From a virus (Duplodnaviria; Caudoviricetes), in the IMG/VR virus record IMGVR_UViG_2795386110_000001, positions 1 through 64,000 of that record: 64,000 bases of DNA; one strand, written 5' to 3'. The notes under the pieces are model-generated. The model saw nothing but the letters and a program-made list of their open reading frames with translations. It did no database searches and was not told the origin of the DNA. The position numbers were made by a program, and so were the translations under genes. This document shows, in pieces, positions 26,950 to 35,243 of the stretch (position 1 is the first letter of the stretch; each line of letters opens with the position of its first letter).

Positions 26950-27741
26950 ATGCTCGACGTGACGGCAGGAATCACCGAAGCGCTCATCAAAGCCGCCGTG
27001 GAGAAGGACGCGCGGCTCACGAAGTACGTCCACCAGGTCAAGGTCAGTACCCGGCGGAAGACGCTCGGGATGAGCATCAAGCCCGGCGACCCCGGCATCA
27101 CCCTGCACGTGCCGGTCGGCACCGCGGCAGACACGGTGGTCGACACCGTCGCGGGGAACATCGACCGCCTGGTCAGCCTCATCAGCAAGGCCCGCCAGCA
27201 CGCCCCCGACCACCCGGCGAAGGAGCTGGTGAACGGCTCCGGGTTCCAGTGGCTCGGCCGCTCGGACCGGCTGAAGATCGTGGACGACGCACGGGTGCCC
27301 CTCGAACGCGCCCACACGGGGCAGTGGTGGTTCCTGCTGGCCCGGGACGCGAAGCCGCTCGGCGCTCGCCCGTTCATCGACTGGTACGTGCGCGAGGGCA
27401 CCGCGTGGCTCTCGCAGGAGACGGCCTCCATGTGGTCGCGGATTGCGGGCGACCGGCCGATACCGACGGTCCGCGCGGCCGACATCGGCCGGCGCCGCTG
27501 GGGCGTCTACCACAGCGGCAAGCACGAGGTGCGGATCGCGTGGCAGGCGTTCCAGCTGCGGCCGGCCCTCGTGCGGCACGTCCTCGTCCACGAGTTCACC
27601 CACGCGCTGGTGCGCACCGGTAAGCCGCACGGGCCCGAGTTCTGGCGCGCGTTCGAGCGCGGCCACATCGGCGCCCGCCAGGAGGCCCGGCAGCTCGACG
27701 AGGAAGGCCGCCGAGTCTGGATGGGCGACCTCGCCTCCTGA
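26950..27741 (+). CDS. YgjP/M48 (DUF45)-like zinc metallopeptidase (unit 4)
   Basis: STRRKTLGM, RRWG, HVLVHEFTH and PHGPEFW motifs. Confidence 0.88.
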   Translation: MLDVTAGITEALIKAAVEKDARLTKYVHQVKVSTRRKTLGMSIKPGDPGITLHVPVGTAADTVVDTVAGNIDRLVSLISKARQHAPDHPAKELVNGSGFQWLGRSDRLKIVDDARVPLERAHTGQWWFLLARDAKPLGARPFIDWYVREGTAWLSQETASMWSRIAGDRPIPTVRAADIGRRRWGVYHSGKHEVRIAWQAFQLRPALVRHVLVHEFTHALVRTGKPHGPEFWRAFERGHIGARQEARQLDEEGRRVWMGDLAS

Positions 27742-27782
27742 CCCCCGAACCGCCCGCAGCGCACGAAGGAAGGACCGAGAAC

Positions 27783-27977
27783 ATGGCGTCGAAGAAGACG
27801 GACGAGCTGGTGGCCAAGCTCCGCCAGAACGGGGCGCAGGTAGTGAAGCGCGGGTCGCGGTGGCGCGTAACCCAGCCGGGCAAGGGCCTGGGCTTCCTGG
27901 CGACCTCTGACCCGAAGGACCGCAAGGGCCTGGAGAACAAGATGGCCGACCTGAGACGGAAGGGTTACGACGTCTGA
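27783..27977 (+). CDS. HicA-like small protein (unit 4)
   Basis: ELVAKLRQNGAQVVKRGSRWRV...TSDPK...ADLRRKG; HicA-like layout without the usual His. Confidence 0.65.
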   Translation: MASKKTDELVAKLRQNGAQVVKRGSRWRVTQPGKGLGFLATSDPKDRKGLENKMADLRRKGYDV

Positions 27978-27982
27978 GCCCC

Positions 27983-28073
27983 TGACCTGCTTTCTTTGTC
28001 GTTCTTTTATGGAAACAGCTTGTCTAAACTGGCTAGGGCAAGTCATTTCGGAAAGAATGAAAGTAGTTCAAAA
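27983..28073 (+). repeat. Array repeat R5
   Basis: TGACCTGC...TGGAAACAGCTTG-TCTAAACTGGCTAGGG-CAAGTCATTTCGG-AAAGAATGAAAGTAGTTCAAAA. Confidence 0.92.
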
Positions 28074-28104
28074 CACATCAACCTACACAGAACGGGAGCC
28101 AGTT

Positions 28105-28782
28105 ATGACCGCCACCGTCCCCCTCGCCCAGGCCTTCGAGTCCCTGTCCGAGATCTACACGAGCCGTGAAGAGGCCGCCCGTACCAAGCTGGCCAAGTGC
28201 CTGACGGACCTCGGCCAGGGCGTCGACACCAGCCTGATCCGGACCGCGATGGAAACCGCCGCGGAGGCCCTCCCGTACAGGCGGGTCCTGATCTACGCCG
28301 AGAAGACCGGCGTCCGCGAGGCCCTGACCGGCGTGCGAAAGGACCTGACCCGCCAGCTGCTGTCGCGGACGCTGGGCTCCAGCACCTGCCAGATCCGCAA
28401 CGAGGCCGCCCGCATGGAGGTGGAGGCCGCCCAGCGCTTCCTGGCGAACACCGAGAACCTCCTGGACCTCTACGGCGACACCCTGAGCGAGGAGACCGCC
28501 CAGGAGGCCGAGCCCGAGCCCGCGCCCGCCCCGGTCGACGTCCCGACGGCGACCCCGGCCCAGAAGCGCACCCTGCTCGCCATCCGCGACAACAACATCA
28601 GGCTCCAGGAGTTCGCGCTCGGCAAGACCAAGGTCATGTCCGAGGCGGCGGAGCGCCCCCGCAAGGACATGGTCGAGTGGGTGATCGGCCAGGGCTGGGC
28701 GAAGCAGGACACCAGCGACTCCCTGTTCAACGGTCAGAAGGTCAGCCTCACGGAGACCGGCGAGGCGATCCTCGCCAGCTGA
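28105..28782 (+). CDS. Hypothetical two-domain protein (unit 5)
   Basis: GGGAG RBS; C-terminal TPAQKRTL...VSLTETGEAIL winged-helix-like segment. Confidence 0.75.
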   Translation: MTATVPLAQAFESLSEIYTSREEAARTKLAKCLTDLGQGVDTSLIRTAMETAAEALPYRRVLIYAEKTGVREALTGVRKDLTRQLLSRTLGSSTCQIRNEAARMEVEAAQRFLANTENLLDLYGDTLSEETAQEAEPEPAPAPVDVPTATPAQKRTLLAIRDNNIRLQEFALGKTKVMSEAAERPRKDMVEWVIGQGWAKQDTSDSLFNGQKVSLTETGEAILAS

Positions 28783-28871
28783 CCAGCGCGACCCCAACCA
28801 GCCGGCCCGGCACCGGGCGCCACCGAGCGCCTCGCGTGCCGGGCCGGACCGCACACCAAGGAGACGAGACG

Positions 28872-28931
28872 ATGGCCGACATCACGATCACCCACGCCCG
28901 CGCGGAAGGCACGCTCGCAGATCGCCTCTGA
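28872..28931 (+). pseudogene. Truncated 5' gene remnant (19 aa) ending at repeat R6
   Basis: Strong AAGGAG RBS plus MADITITHARAEGTLADRL*, where the stop is the TGA of R6. Confidence 0.6.
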
Positions 28932-29020
28932 CCTGGGGTTTCTTAGAAGTTTCTTTGCCGAAACTGGTTGTTAAAACTGGCTAGGGAAAGCTATTTCGGA
29001 AAGAATAAAAGTAGTTCAAA
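28929..29020 (+). repeat. Array repeat R6
   Basis: TGACCTGGG...CCGAAACTGGTTG-TTAAAACTGGCTAGGG-AAAGCTATTTCGG-AAAGAATAAAAGTAGTTCAAA. Confidence 0.92.
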
Positions 29021-29053
29021 CCACCCCACCAGTTACGGTCAGAGGAGAGCGCA

Positions 29054-29549
29054 ATGAACGCCGCGAGCATCATCGAGGAGATCGAGTTGATCGCCGAGAT
29101 CGGCGAGGCGGAAGACGCGCTCGACCTCTCGAAGCGGCTGATCGGCGACGAGCAGACCGCCTGGGCGATCGACGTCCGCCGGGCCGTGACTCGCGGCGTG
29201 CTCGACCGGAACGTGCTCCGCGCGGTCGCGGGCCGGATCGCCGAAGCCGTGAAGCCGACGGTCGACTGGGGCCTGTTCGCCGGACAGCTCGCCGACATGG
29301 AGGCCGGCCTGCGCGCCGCCCTGGCGGCCGACGCCGCGATGCCGCGCGCGGAGCGTCGCGAGCGCAGCGCCCGGCAGTGGACGGAGAAGCAGCGGTACGA
29401 GGAGCGCGTGCGCATACAACGAGCAGGTCGAGTTCGTGAACCGCGAGCGCGGCCGTGCGCACAACCGCGCGCAGGCCGCTGCGGTCCGCGAGAAGACCTG
29501 TGGCGACTGCTTCCAGGAGCGCGCCGCGAATGGCGCCTGCGGCTGCTGA
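29054..29549 (+). pseudogene. Hypothetical protein with probable frameshift near 29412 (unit 6)
   Basis: After GTGCGCATAC the alternative frame reads AYNEQVEF...CGDCFQERAANGACGC* and ends on the TGA of R7. Confidence 0.65.
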
Positions 29550-29639
29550 CCTGCGGTTTTCTTAGAAGTCCTTTTACCTAATCAGATTGTTAAAACTGAT
29601 TAGGGCAAGTTGATTCGGAAAGAATGAAAGTAGTTCAAA
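29547..29639 (+). repeat. Array repeat R7
   Basis: TGACCTGCGG...CCTAATCAGATTG-TTAAAACTGATTAGGG-CAAGTTGATTCGG-AAAGAATGAAAGTAGTTCAAA. Confidence 0.92.
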
Positions 29640-29670
29640 CCACCCCATCTCGTCAGTGAAGGGACAAGTT

Positions 29671-30939
29671 GTGACCGCCACCGCCACCGCCACCCCCGAG
29701 GCCACCGTCACCGAGACCGACCGCACGGAGGAGTACGTCGACCCGTCGGCGACCCCGGCCGGCCCCGCCCCGGACGGCCTCGGCGCGCGGGACGACGCCC
29801 CGGCCGAGAAGAAGCCCGCCCGCCGCAGCCCGCGCCGCGCGCCCGCGACGAAGACTGCGGCCGCCGCGAGAAAGGCCCCGGCGAAGAAGGCGACCGCCAA
29901 GCAGACCGCCGACGGGCAGCGGACGCAGCTCCGCACGATCCCGACGGCGAAGATCGACCGCGACCCGGGCCAGCCCCGCGAGCACTTCGACGAGGCCGCG
30001 CTCCAGGAGCTGGCCAAGTCCATGGCGAAGCTGGGCCAGCTCCAGCCGATCAACGTCCGCTACAACGAGGACACGAAGCGGTTCACGATCATCATGGGCG
30101 AGCGCCGCTGGCGGGCCGCCCAGATCGCCGGCCTCGCGCAGATGAAGGCCGTCGTCATGCACGGCGTCGGCGAGGGCCGCGAGACGTTCGCGATGGCCGT
30201 CGCCGAGAACGTCGGCCGCGCCGACATGACCGCCGTCGAGGAGGCGAAGGCCTTCAAGAAGCTGGTGGACGCCGAGTACACGGTCGATGAGGTGGCCGAA
30301 CTGGTCGGCAAGAGCGCCGCCTACGTCCAGTGGCGCATCGACCTGCTGCGCCTGTGCCCGGAGGCGCAGGAGGCCCTCGTCAAGAACCAGCTGCCGGTCG
30401 GCCTGGCCTGGTACGTCGGCAAGCTGTCCAACGACAACCAGGTGCGGTTCCTCGGCCGCTGGGTGCGCGGCGACTTCAAGAGTGCCCGCGACGCGGAGGC
30501 CTTCGCGCAGGCCCTCCACACCGAGGAGAAGCGCCAGGAGGAGCAGGGCTCGTTCTTCGTCCTCTCCGAGGAGGCGGCAGCCACCCGCAAGGACAACGGG
30601 CAGGACGCCCTGCCGGGCACCCTCGACCTCCCCGAGGAGGAGCGAGAGCGGATCGTCGCCGACCGCAGCAAGCTCGTCGGGAAGATCGAGAAGCTGGGCC
30701 AGGCCGGAGAGATCCTCTCGCTGCTCGCCGCCACCGACGAGGAAGAGCTGGCCCTGCTGCTCGCCGGTACGCCCGGCGGCATCGGCGGTCACCGCCTCCG
30801 TATCAAGCACCTTCAGGACATCGCGACCAAGGCGATGGCGAACCTCCGCAAGGCGGAGATGGTCGCCGAGGTCCGCGCCAGCGGCCTGACCGTCAACCCC
30901 GACGCCGAGGCCGGCGGCGACGCCGACGCCGCCGCCTGA
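29671..30939 (+). CDS. ParB/RepB/Spo0J-family protein (unit 7)
   Basis: QPREHFD, LQPINVR, GERRWRAA, ENVGRADM and HTH TVDEVAELVGKSAAYV. Confidence 0.92.
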   Translation: MTATATATPEATVTETDRTEEYVDPSATPAGPAPDGLGARDDAPAEKKPARRSPRRAPATKTAAAARKAPAKKATAKQTADGQRTQLRTIPTAKIDRDPGQPREHFDEAALQELAKSMAKLGQLQPINVRYNEDTKRFTIIMGERRWRAAQIAGLAQMKAVVMHGVGEGRETFAMAVAENVGRADMTAVEEAKAFKKLVDAEYTVDEVAELVGKSAAYVQWRIDLLRLCPEAQEALVKNQLPVGLAWYVGKLSNDNQVRFLGRWVRGDFKSARDAEAFAQALHTEEKRQEEQGSFFVLSEEAAATRKDNGQDALPGTLDLPEEERERIVADRSKLVGKIEKLGQAGEILSLLAATDEEELALLLAGTPGGIGGHRLRIKHLQDIATKAMANLRKAEMVAEVRASGLTVNPDAEAGGDADAAA

Positions 30940-31012
30940 CCACCCACCCACCGGCGCCCCGCCCAGGCAGCGGGCGGGGCGCCCCCCTTCACCCCTCCAA
31001 GGAGACAGACCC

Positions 31013-31312
31013 ATGAAGCGACCCGTCAGCTTCCACGACCAGCCCGTGCCGACCTTCACCCCGTACGACGTTGCGAAGGCCGTCCTGGAGCACTGCGGCG
31101 ACCAGTGGGGCGCCGAGCCCGGCCCCTGGGCCACCACCGGCCACCTGCGGGCCTGGGACAACACCCCGTTCACGATCGGCGTCAACCCGACCGGCGAGCT
31201 GTTCGTCCGCAACGACCACCTCGGTGACGCCCTCCCGCTGCCGGTCGAGCCGACCGACGACCTCGACACCATCGCGCGCGCGGTCGCCGAGATCGTCGGC
31301 CACCTCTACTGA
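31013..31312 (+). CDS. Hypothetical protein (unit 7)
   Basis: AAGGAG RBS; high GC3. Confidence 0.7.
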   Translation: MKRPVSFHDQPVPTFTPYDVAKAVLEHCGDQWGAEPGPWATTGHLRAWDNTPFTIGVNPTGELFVRNDHLGDALPLPVEPTDDLDTIARAVAEIVGHLY

Positions 31313-31363
31313 TCTAAGCCCCGTTCACGCAGGCCAGAACCCTTTACCCCTCGAAGGACCCCG

Positions 31364-32191
31364 ATGGAGATCCCAAGCGGCGTCTACGACGTCCTCACCG
31401 ACACCCGCACAGTCATCGCCGGCGACCGGGTGCAGATCCCGTTCGAGCTGGACCGCGCCCAGTACGAGCAGGTGAACAAGGTCCTGAAGGAGATCGGCGG
31501 CCGGTGGGACGGCCGCAACGCCGTGCGCGCCCACGTCTTCCCCTTCCCGGTGGAGGAGTTCATGCGGGCTTGCCTCGCCACCCGCGAGTTCCCCAGCCGG
31601 TACGAGCAGGGCTGGTACCCGACCCCGCCGCGCGTGGTCCACGACATCCTGGAGCACGCGGCGATCAGAGAGGGCATGAGCGTTCTCGAGCCCTCAGCCG
31701 GTACCGGCTCGATCACGGGGCCGGCGGTCCGGCGCGGCGCCGTCGTCGACTGCGTGGAGATAGACGAGTGGCGCGTCCGGGTCCTCCGCGAGCAGGGCGC
31801 CGCCCGCCGCGTGGTCCACGCGGACTTCCTCGACCTGGACCCGCTCGACTGCCCCCACGGCTATCGCAGGGTGCTGATGAACCCGCCGTTCGCGGCGGCC
31901 GTGCAGCACGTGCAGCACGCGATGGGCTTCCTCGACGACGACGGCGTGCTGATCTCGGTCCTGCCCGAGTCGGTCATGTGGCACAGCGACCGCGCCACGA
32001 CCGAGTTCCGCGAGCTGATCGCCCTCGCCGAGGGCGAGTTCATCCCGCTGTCCGACGAGTCGTTCGCACCGTCCGGGACGAGCGTGCGCACCGTGCTCCT
32101 GGTCGTCACCTCCGAGCCGGGCGGGCCGCTGCCCACCCACGGCTGGTGGCAGAGGCAGCCTCGACAGCTCGGCCTCTTCGCCCTAGCCTGA
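31364..32191 (+). CDS. SAM-dependent DNA (amino) methyltransferase (unit 7)
   Basis: WYPTP, VLEPSAGTG, VEID, ADFL, MNPPF and SFAPSGT motifs; stop codon is the TGA of R8. Confidence 0.9.
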   Translation: MEIPSGVYDVLTDTRTVIAGDRVQIPFELDRAQYEQVNKVLKEIGGRWDGRNAVRAHVFPFPVEEFMRACLATREFPSRYEQGWYPTPPRVVHDILEHAAIREGMSVLEPSAGTGSITGPAVRRGAVVDCVEIDEWRVRVLREQGAARRVVHADFLDLDPLDCPHGYRRVLMNPPFAAAVQHVQHAMGFLDDDGVLISVLPESVMWHSDRATTEFRELIALAEGEFIPLSDESFAPSGTSVRTVLLVVTSEPGGPLPTHGWWQRQPRQLGLFALA

Positions 32192-32283
32192 CCTGCGTTT
32201 CTTTGTCTCTTCTTTACTTAATCAGCTTATTTAAATTGGCTAGGGTGAGCCGATTCGGAAAGGATGAGTGAAGCACCACAAAC
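32189..32283 (+). repeat. Array repeat R8 (R1-like variant)
   Basis: TGACCTGCG...CTTAATCAGCTTA-TTTAAATTGGCTAGGG-TGAGCCGATTCGG-AAAGGATG...CACCACAAAC. Confidence 0.88.
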
Positions 32284-32305
32284 CACCCCAGGAAAGGGCA
32301 GAGTC

Positions 32306-32533
32306 ATGGAAAAGGCGGACATCATCCAGAAGATCAACAACGGGGATCTCTTCGTCCTCACCCGAGAAGAAATGGCCCTGCTCCTCCCCTGGCTCCGGGA
32401 CACCGTCACCGCCCAGGAGAGGAAGGACGAAAACGCGGACCTCTGCCAGTTCTTCAGCCGAGTCATGCGGCTTGCGAACCAGCTCTACGGCACCGAGCCG
32501 TTCAACCGCGAGACCTGCATCTGCAACGGCTGA
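32306..32533 (+). CDS. Small hypothetical protein (unit 8)
   Basis: GAAAGGG RBS plus ATG after R8. Confidence 0.65.
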   Translation: MEKADIIQKINNGDLFVLTREEMALLLPWLRDTVTAQERKDENADLCQFFSRVMRLANQLYGTEPFNRETCICNG

Positions 32534-32594
32534 CACCCCACAGGGGGCCGCCCAGGCGGCCCCCGACTCCAACATCCCCCCGGAAAGGACGGGA

Positions 32595-33014
32595 ATGGAT
32601 CTCGCCACCTGCACCTACCAGGAGTTCACGCCCGACATGGGCGCTCCGATCCGCACCACCGCGGGTCACCCGCGCTTCCCCCTCGGCTACGAGTTGGCCG
32701 GTCACGCCACGCTCATCACGCCGACCCGGGAGCTGCTCGCCCAGAACCTGCCCGAGGACGCCTACGAGTTCAGCTACCGGCGCATTCTGAACGGCTACGG
32801 CATCCACCGCATCTGCGCCGAGCTGGCCGGCCTCGCCGCCCGGAACGGCGGCGCCCGCCTGGTCCTGCTCTGCTTCGACCGCCTCGACAAGCTGCGCCCG
32901 GCAGACGCCTGGTGCCACCGGATCCATTTCGCGAAGTGGTACCTGGAGCAGACCGGCGAGGAGATCCCCGAACTCGGCGCCCGGCCGGCGACCCCGCCGC
33001 CCTCCCTCTTCTGA
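32595..33014 (+). CDS. DUF488-like protein (unit 8)
   Basis: ITPTRELL...YRRIL...LVLLCFD...WCHRIHFAKW...EIPEL. Confidence 0.75.
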   Translation: MDLATCTYQEFTPDMGAPIRTTAGHPRFPLGYELAGHATLITPTRELLAQNLPEDAYEFSYRRILNGYGIHRICAELAGLAARNGGARLVLLCFDRLDKLRPADAWCHRIHFAKWYLEQTGEEIPELGARPATPPPSLF

Positions 33015-33096
33015 CCAGCCCCTGACCAGCCCTTTCCGACGGGCGGGACGCACGGCGTCCCGCCCGTCACCCATGCCCGGAAGGAACGAACGCACC

Positions 33097-34815
33097 GTGC
33101 CCTACATCGACGCCACCACCCAGGCATGGGCGGCGAGCAGTCCAGCCCGCCCGTACAAGCACGACGGCAGCGTGCTGACAGCCATGAGCTGGTTCTGCGG
33201 CGCCGGAGGGGACACGCAGGGCGGGGACGCGGTCCCCGGCGTGCAAGTCACCCGGGCGGCGAACCACTGGGACGTCGCCCTCGCCACGCACACCTGGAAC
33301 AACCCGAACTGCGACGTGTGGAAGGGCGACATCCGCCGGGCCCCGGTTGAGAAGTGGCCGGTCTGCCAGCTCTTCTGGGCAAGCCCGGAATGCCCGAAGT
33401 GGAGCGCGGCCCGGGGAGTGAAGCGCGACTTCGACCGAACCATGCAGGGCGACTTCGACTTCGAAGAGGAGGAGTTCAAGAGCGAGAAGGAGCGGCGGGC
33501 GGCCGAGGAGCGCTCGCGCGCCCTCATGGAAGAAGTCCCGATGTACCTGCGGGGCGTCATCAACCGCGGCGGCCTGGTCCTCGCCGGAGTGGTCGAGAAC
33601 GTCATCGACTGCCGGGACTGGGACCAATGGGACCGCTGGGTCGGCGAGTTCCACAAGATGGGCTACCGCACGAAGCTCCTCGCCATCAACTCGATGCACG
33701 TCGCCCCGCGCACCATGCCGCGCGTCCCACAAAGCAGGGACAGGCTGTACTTCGTCTACTGGCACGAGAGCATCGGACGCAACCCGGACTTCGACAAATG
33801 GGTGCTGCGCCCCGACGCCTGGTGCTCCGACTGCGACGAACAGGTCCGCACCGTCCAGGTCTTCCGCAAGCCCGGCAAGGACATGGGCCGCTACCGCCAG
33901 AGCTACGACTACCGGTGCCCGAACGCGCACTGCCGCGCGATCGTCGAGCCCTCCGTCCTCCCGGCAGCAGCGGCGATCGACTTCTCGATCCTGGGAACGC
34001 CGATCGGCGACCGGGAGAAGACGGACGACTGCCCCGAGGGCCTCGCCCCGGCCACGATCGCCCGCGTCCGCGCCGGAGGCGCCCAATACTGGGGCTGGGG
34101 CATGGACGAGGAAGACGGCCAGGGCTCGCTGTTCGGCGACATCGACGCCGAGCCCGGCGCCGAGCCCGGCCCGCTCCTCGTCCCGGCCGGCGGGACCTGG
34201 CGGAACAATGCGATCGGCCTGGACGTGCCGATGCCGACCCGCACAACGGTCGAGACCGACGGCGTCGCGTTCCCGCCCTTCCTCGTGCCCTGCGAGGGCC
34301 GCACCGGCAAGAAGCCGATGCGCCTGGACGAGCCGATGCGCACCCAGACGGCCCGCGCAGAACTCGCCATCGCCCACGCGCCGTTCGTGGTCCCCATGCG
34401 CGGCGGCGGCGACAAGGAGAAGGCGCGGCACCTCGGCCATCCGCTCCACACGGTCTCGGCGGGCGGTAATCACCACGGGCTGGTGGGCCTGCCTGACCAC
34501 CTGCTCGTGCCGTACTACGGCAACGGCCAGGCCCGGCCGGTCACCGAGCCGGTCGGCGCCCTGCCGACCCGCGACCGGTACGCGCTGGTCAAACGGAACT
34601 TCACCATCGACGAGGTCCTGTTCAGGATGCTCCAGCCGCACGAGATCCACAGGGCGATGGCCTTCCGGCCGAAGTACAAGATCATGGGCTCGAAGCGCCA
34701 CCAGGTCAGGCAGCTCGGCAACGCCGTCACCCCGGCGGTCGCCGAGGTTCTGTACTGCGCGCTGGCCGAGTGCATCACCGGCGAGGAGATCAGCCGGTAC
34801 GAGCTGGCCGCCTGA
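33097..34815 (+). CDS. C5 cytosine DNA methyltransferase (unit 8)
   Basis: WFCGAGG, ASPEC, VENV, PQSRDR and QLGNAVTP motifs; stop codon is the TGA of R9. Confidence 0.93.
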   Translation: MPYIDATTQAWAASSPARPYKHDGSVLTAMSWFCGAGGDTQGGDAVPGVQVTRAANHWDVALATHTWNNPNCDVWKGDIRRAPVEKWPVCQLFWASPECPKWSAARGVKRDFDRTMQGDFDFEEEEFKSEKERRAAEERSRALMEEVPMYLRGVINRGGLVLAGVVENVIDCRDWDQWDRWVGEFHKMGYRTKLLAINSMHVAPRTMPRVPQSRDRLYFVYWHESIGRNPDFDKWVLRPDAWCSDCDEQVRTVQVFRKPGKDMGRYRQSYDYRCPNAHCRAIVEPSVLPAAAAIDFSILGTPIGDREKTDDCPEGLAPATIARVRAGGAQYWGWGMDEEDGQGSLFGDIDAEPGAEPGPLLVPAGGTWRNNAIGLDVPMPTRTTVETDGVAFPPFLVPCEGRTGKKPMRLDEPMRTQTARAELAIAHAPFVVPMRGGGDKEKARHLGHPLHTVSAGGNHHGLVGLPDHLLVPYYGNGQARPVTEPVGALPTRDRYALVKRNFTIDEVLFRMLQPHEIHRAMAFRPKYKIMGSKRHQVRQLGNAVTPAVAEVLYCALAECITGEEISRYELAA

Positions 34816-34905
34816 CCTGCGGTTCTTGTAGGTTTCTTTACTGAATCAACTTGTTAAAACTGGCTAGGGCAAGGTGATTCGGGAAGAATGAAAGTAGTTC
34901 AAAAA
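34813..34905 (+). repeat. Array repeat R9
   Basis: TGACCTGCGG...CTGAATCAACTTG-TTAAAACTGGCTAGGG-CAAGGTGATTCGG-GAAGAATGAAAGTAGTTCAAAAA. Confidence 0.92.
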
Positions 34906-34930
34906 CACACCAACTCCGCAGGGGATGAAG

Positions 34931-35170
34931 ATGCGCGACTACCTGAACAAGACCGAGCTGCTCGCCGCCATGAACAACGGGGAGCGCCTGGAGGCCCACC
35001 CGCGCACCCCCTACGCGGGAGAACAGGTCGAGTACCTGCCCCGCGTGGACATCGTGGGCGGCAAGCCGACCAGTCACCCGGACTTCTACCCCTGGCGCGT
35101 GGTGGGCCGCTCCGGCGACTACCGCCTGCGTAACAGCGAAGTCGTGGTCATCGAGGCCGCCGCCAACTAG
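34931..35170 (+). CDS. Small hypothetical protein (unit 9)
   Basis: First ORF after R9; high GC3. Confidence 0.7.
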   Translation: MRDYLNKTELLAAMNNGERLEAHPRTPYAGEQVEYLPRVDIVGGKPTSHPDFYPWRVVGRSGDYRLRNSEVVVIEAAAN

Positions 35171-35243
35171 CCCGCCCGGCCGGGGAGCAGGCAGCGCTCC
35201 CCGGCCCGCCCGATCAGCCACCACACCACCAAGGAGCACCGGC

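Noticed and set aside
24691-34815. Complete restriction-modification system
   Set aside because: No HsdR/HsdS or type II endonuclease lies next to any of the methyltransferases.
20585-34905. CRISPR array interpretation of the nine repeats
   Set aside because: The repeats are ~90 bp, degenerate and separated by about 0.5-3.5 kb of intact genes; no cas genes are visible.
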